64,000 bases of DNA from Babesia bigemina. Its lineage: Eukaryota. Shown piece by piece: positions 63,735-64,000 of the stretch. How positions within the stretch are numbered: the stretch's first letter is position 1; each line of letters starts with the position of its first letter. A program made the position numbers and the translations under genes. A model generated the notes under the pieces. It was given only the letters and a program-made list of their open reading frames with translations, made no database searches and was not told the origin of the DNA. The stretch lies in the NCBI RefSeq assembly GCF_000981445.1, contig NC_027218.1:496001-560000 (forward strand). The letters are read 5' to 3'.

Positions 63735-64000
63735 TCATGCGACGACCTCGAGCACCAATGTGTGCTGTTGTTCGGTGCCGACGTACGAGTCGCTGACGAC
63801 GTACACCACTATCTCGTGCTTTCCAGACACTGCGGGTGCCTCGAACTCAACAGTGACGGTGTTGTTGCTCTTGGGGAGGTTCACACGCTTTATACCGAGT
63901 AGGCCCTTGGTTTTGGCCTCTCCCACGACAACCCACCACTGCTCGAAGCGCTCCAGAGGGAAGAAAGGAGCGTGTACAGGCTCCATATCACCCTCTCTCT
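63735..64000 (-). CDS. BRR2: C-terminal Sec63 domain of U5 snRNP 200-kDa helicase (Brr2), partial
   Basis: PVHAPFFP..EQWWVVVGE..LLGIKRV..VSDSYVGTEQ. Confidence 0.85.
   Translation of the reverse strand, partial: REGDMEPVHAPFFPLERFEQWWVVVGEAKTKGLLGIKRVNLPKSNNTVTVEFEAPAVSGKHEIVVYVVSDSYVGTEQQHTLVLEVVA

Overview
Eukaryotic, intron-rich piroplasm DNA. The 18S V4 region, VESA1-family genes and ~30-40 nt GT-AG introns point to Babesia, closest to B. bigemina/B. ovata; the species was not verified. The left 23.4 kb is an accessory region. It contains a repeat-rich, probably GPI-anchored antigen, several tandem-repeat and hairpin arrays, and one complete minus-strand rDNA unit (18S-ITS1-5.8S-ITS2-28S). 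It also holds a decayed surface-antigen gene, a short ves-like gene, a large 6-Cys-like gene, a secreted repeat protein and a ves1 C-terminal pseudogene that the ORF track misses. From ~23.6 kb the window is gene-dense core genome: COG8-like, CAAX/CPBP protease, ASCC2-like, adenylosuccinate lyase, mitochondrial uS9, Rab1, a divergent AMPK-gamma, ESF1, PSMD5-like, CCT2, ICT1, a W2 protein, NF-YA-like, FAD-G3PDH, ApiCOX30-like and the Brr2 3' end. A 1498-bp-period tandem duplication near the right end sits on an 11-bp microhomology and has a mutated junction. Product calls come from motif recognition only and exon limits were read by eye. I cannot demonstrate a wholly new biological system. The best leads are the duplication and its palindrome-rich spacer, the rDNA 3' hairpin and repeat arrays, the rDNA unit embedded among antigen genes, the half-degenerate NF-YA and the hidden AMPK-gamma.
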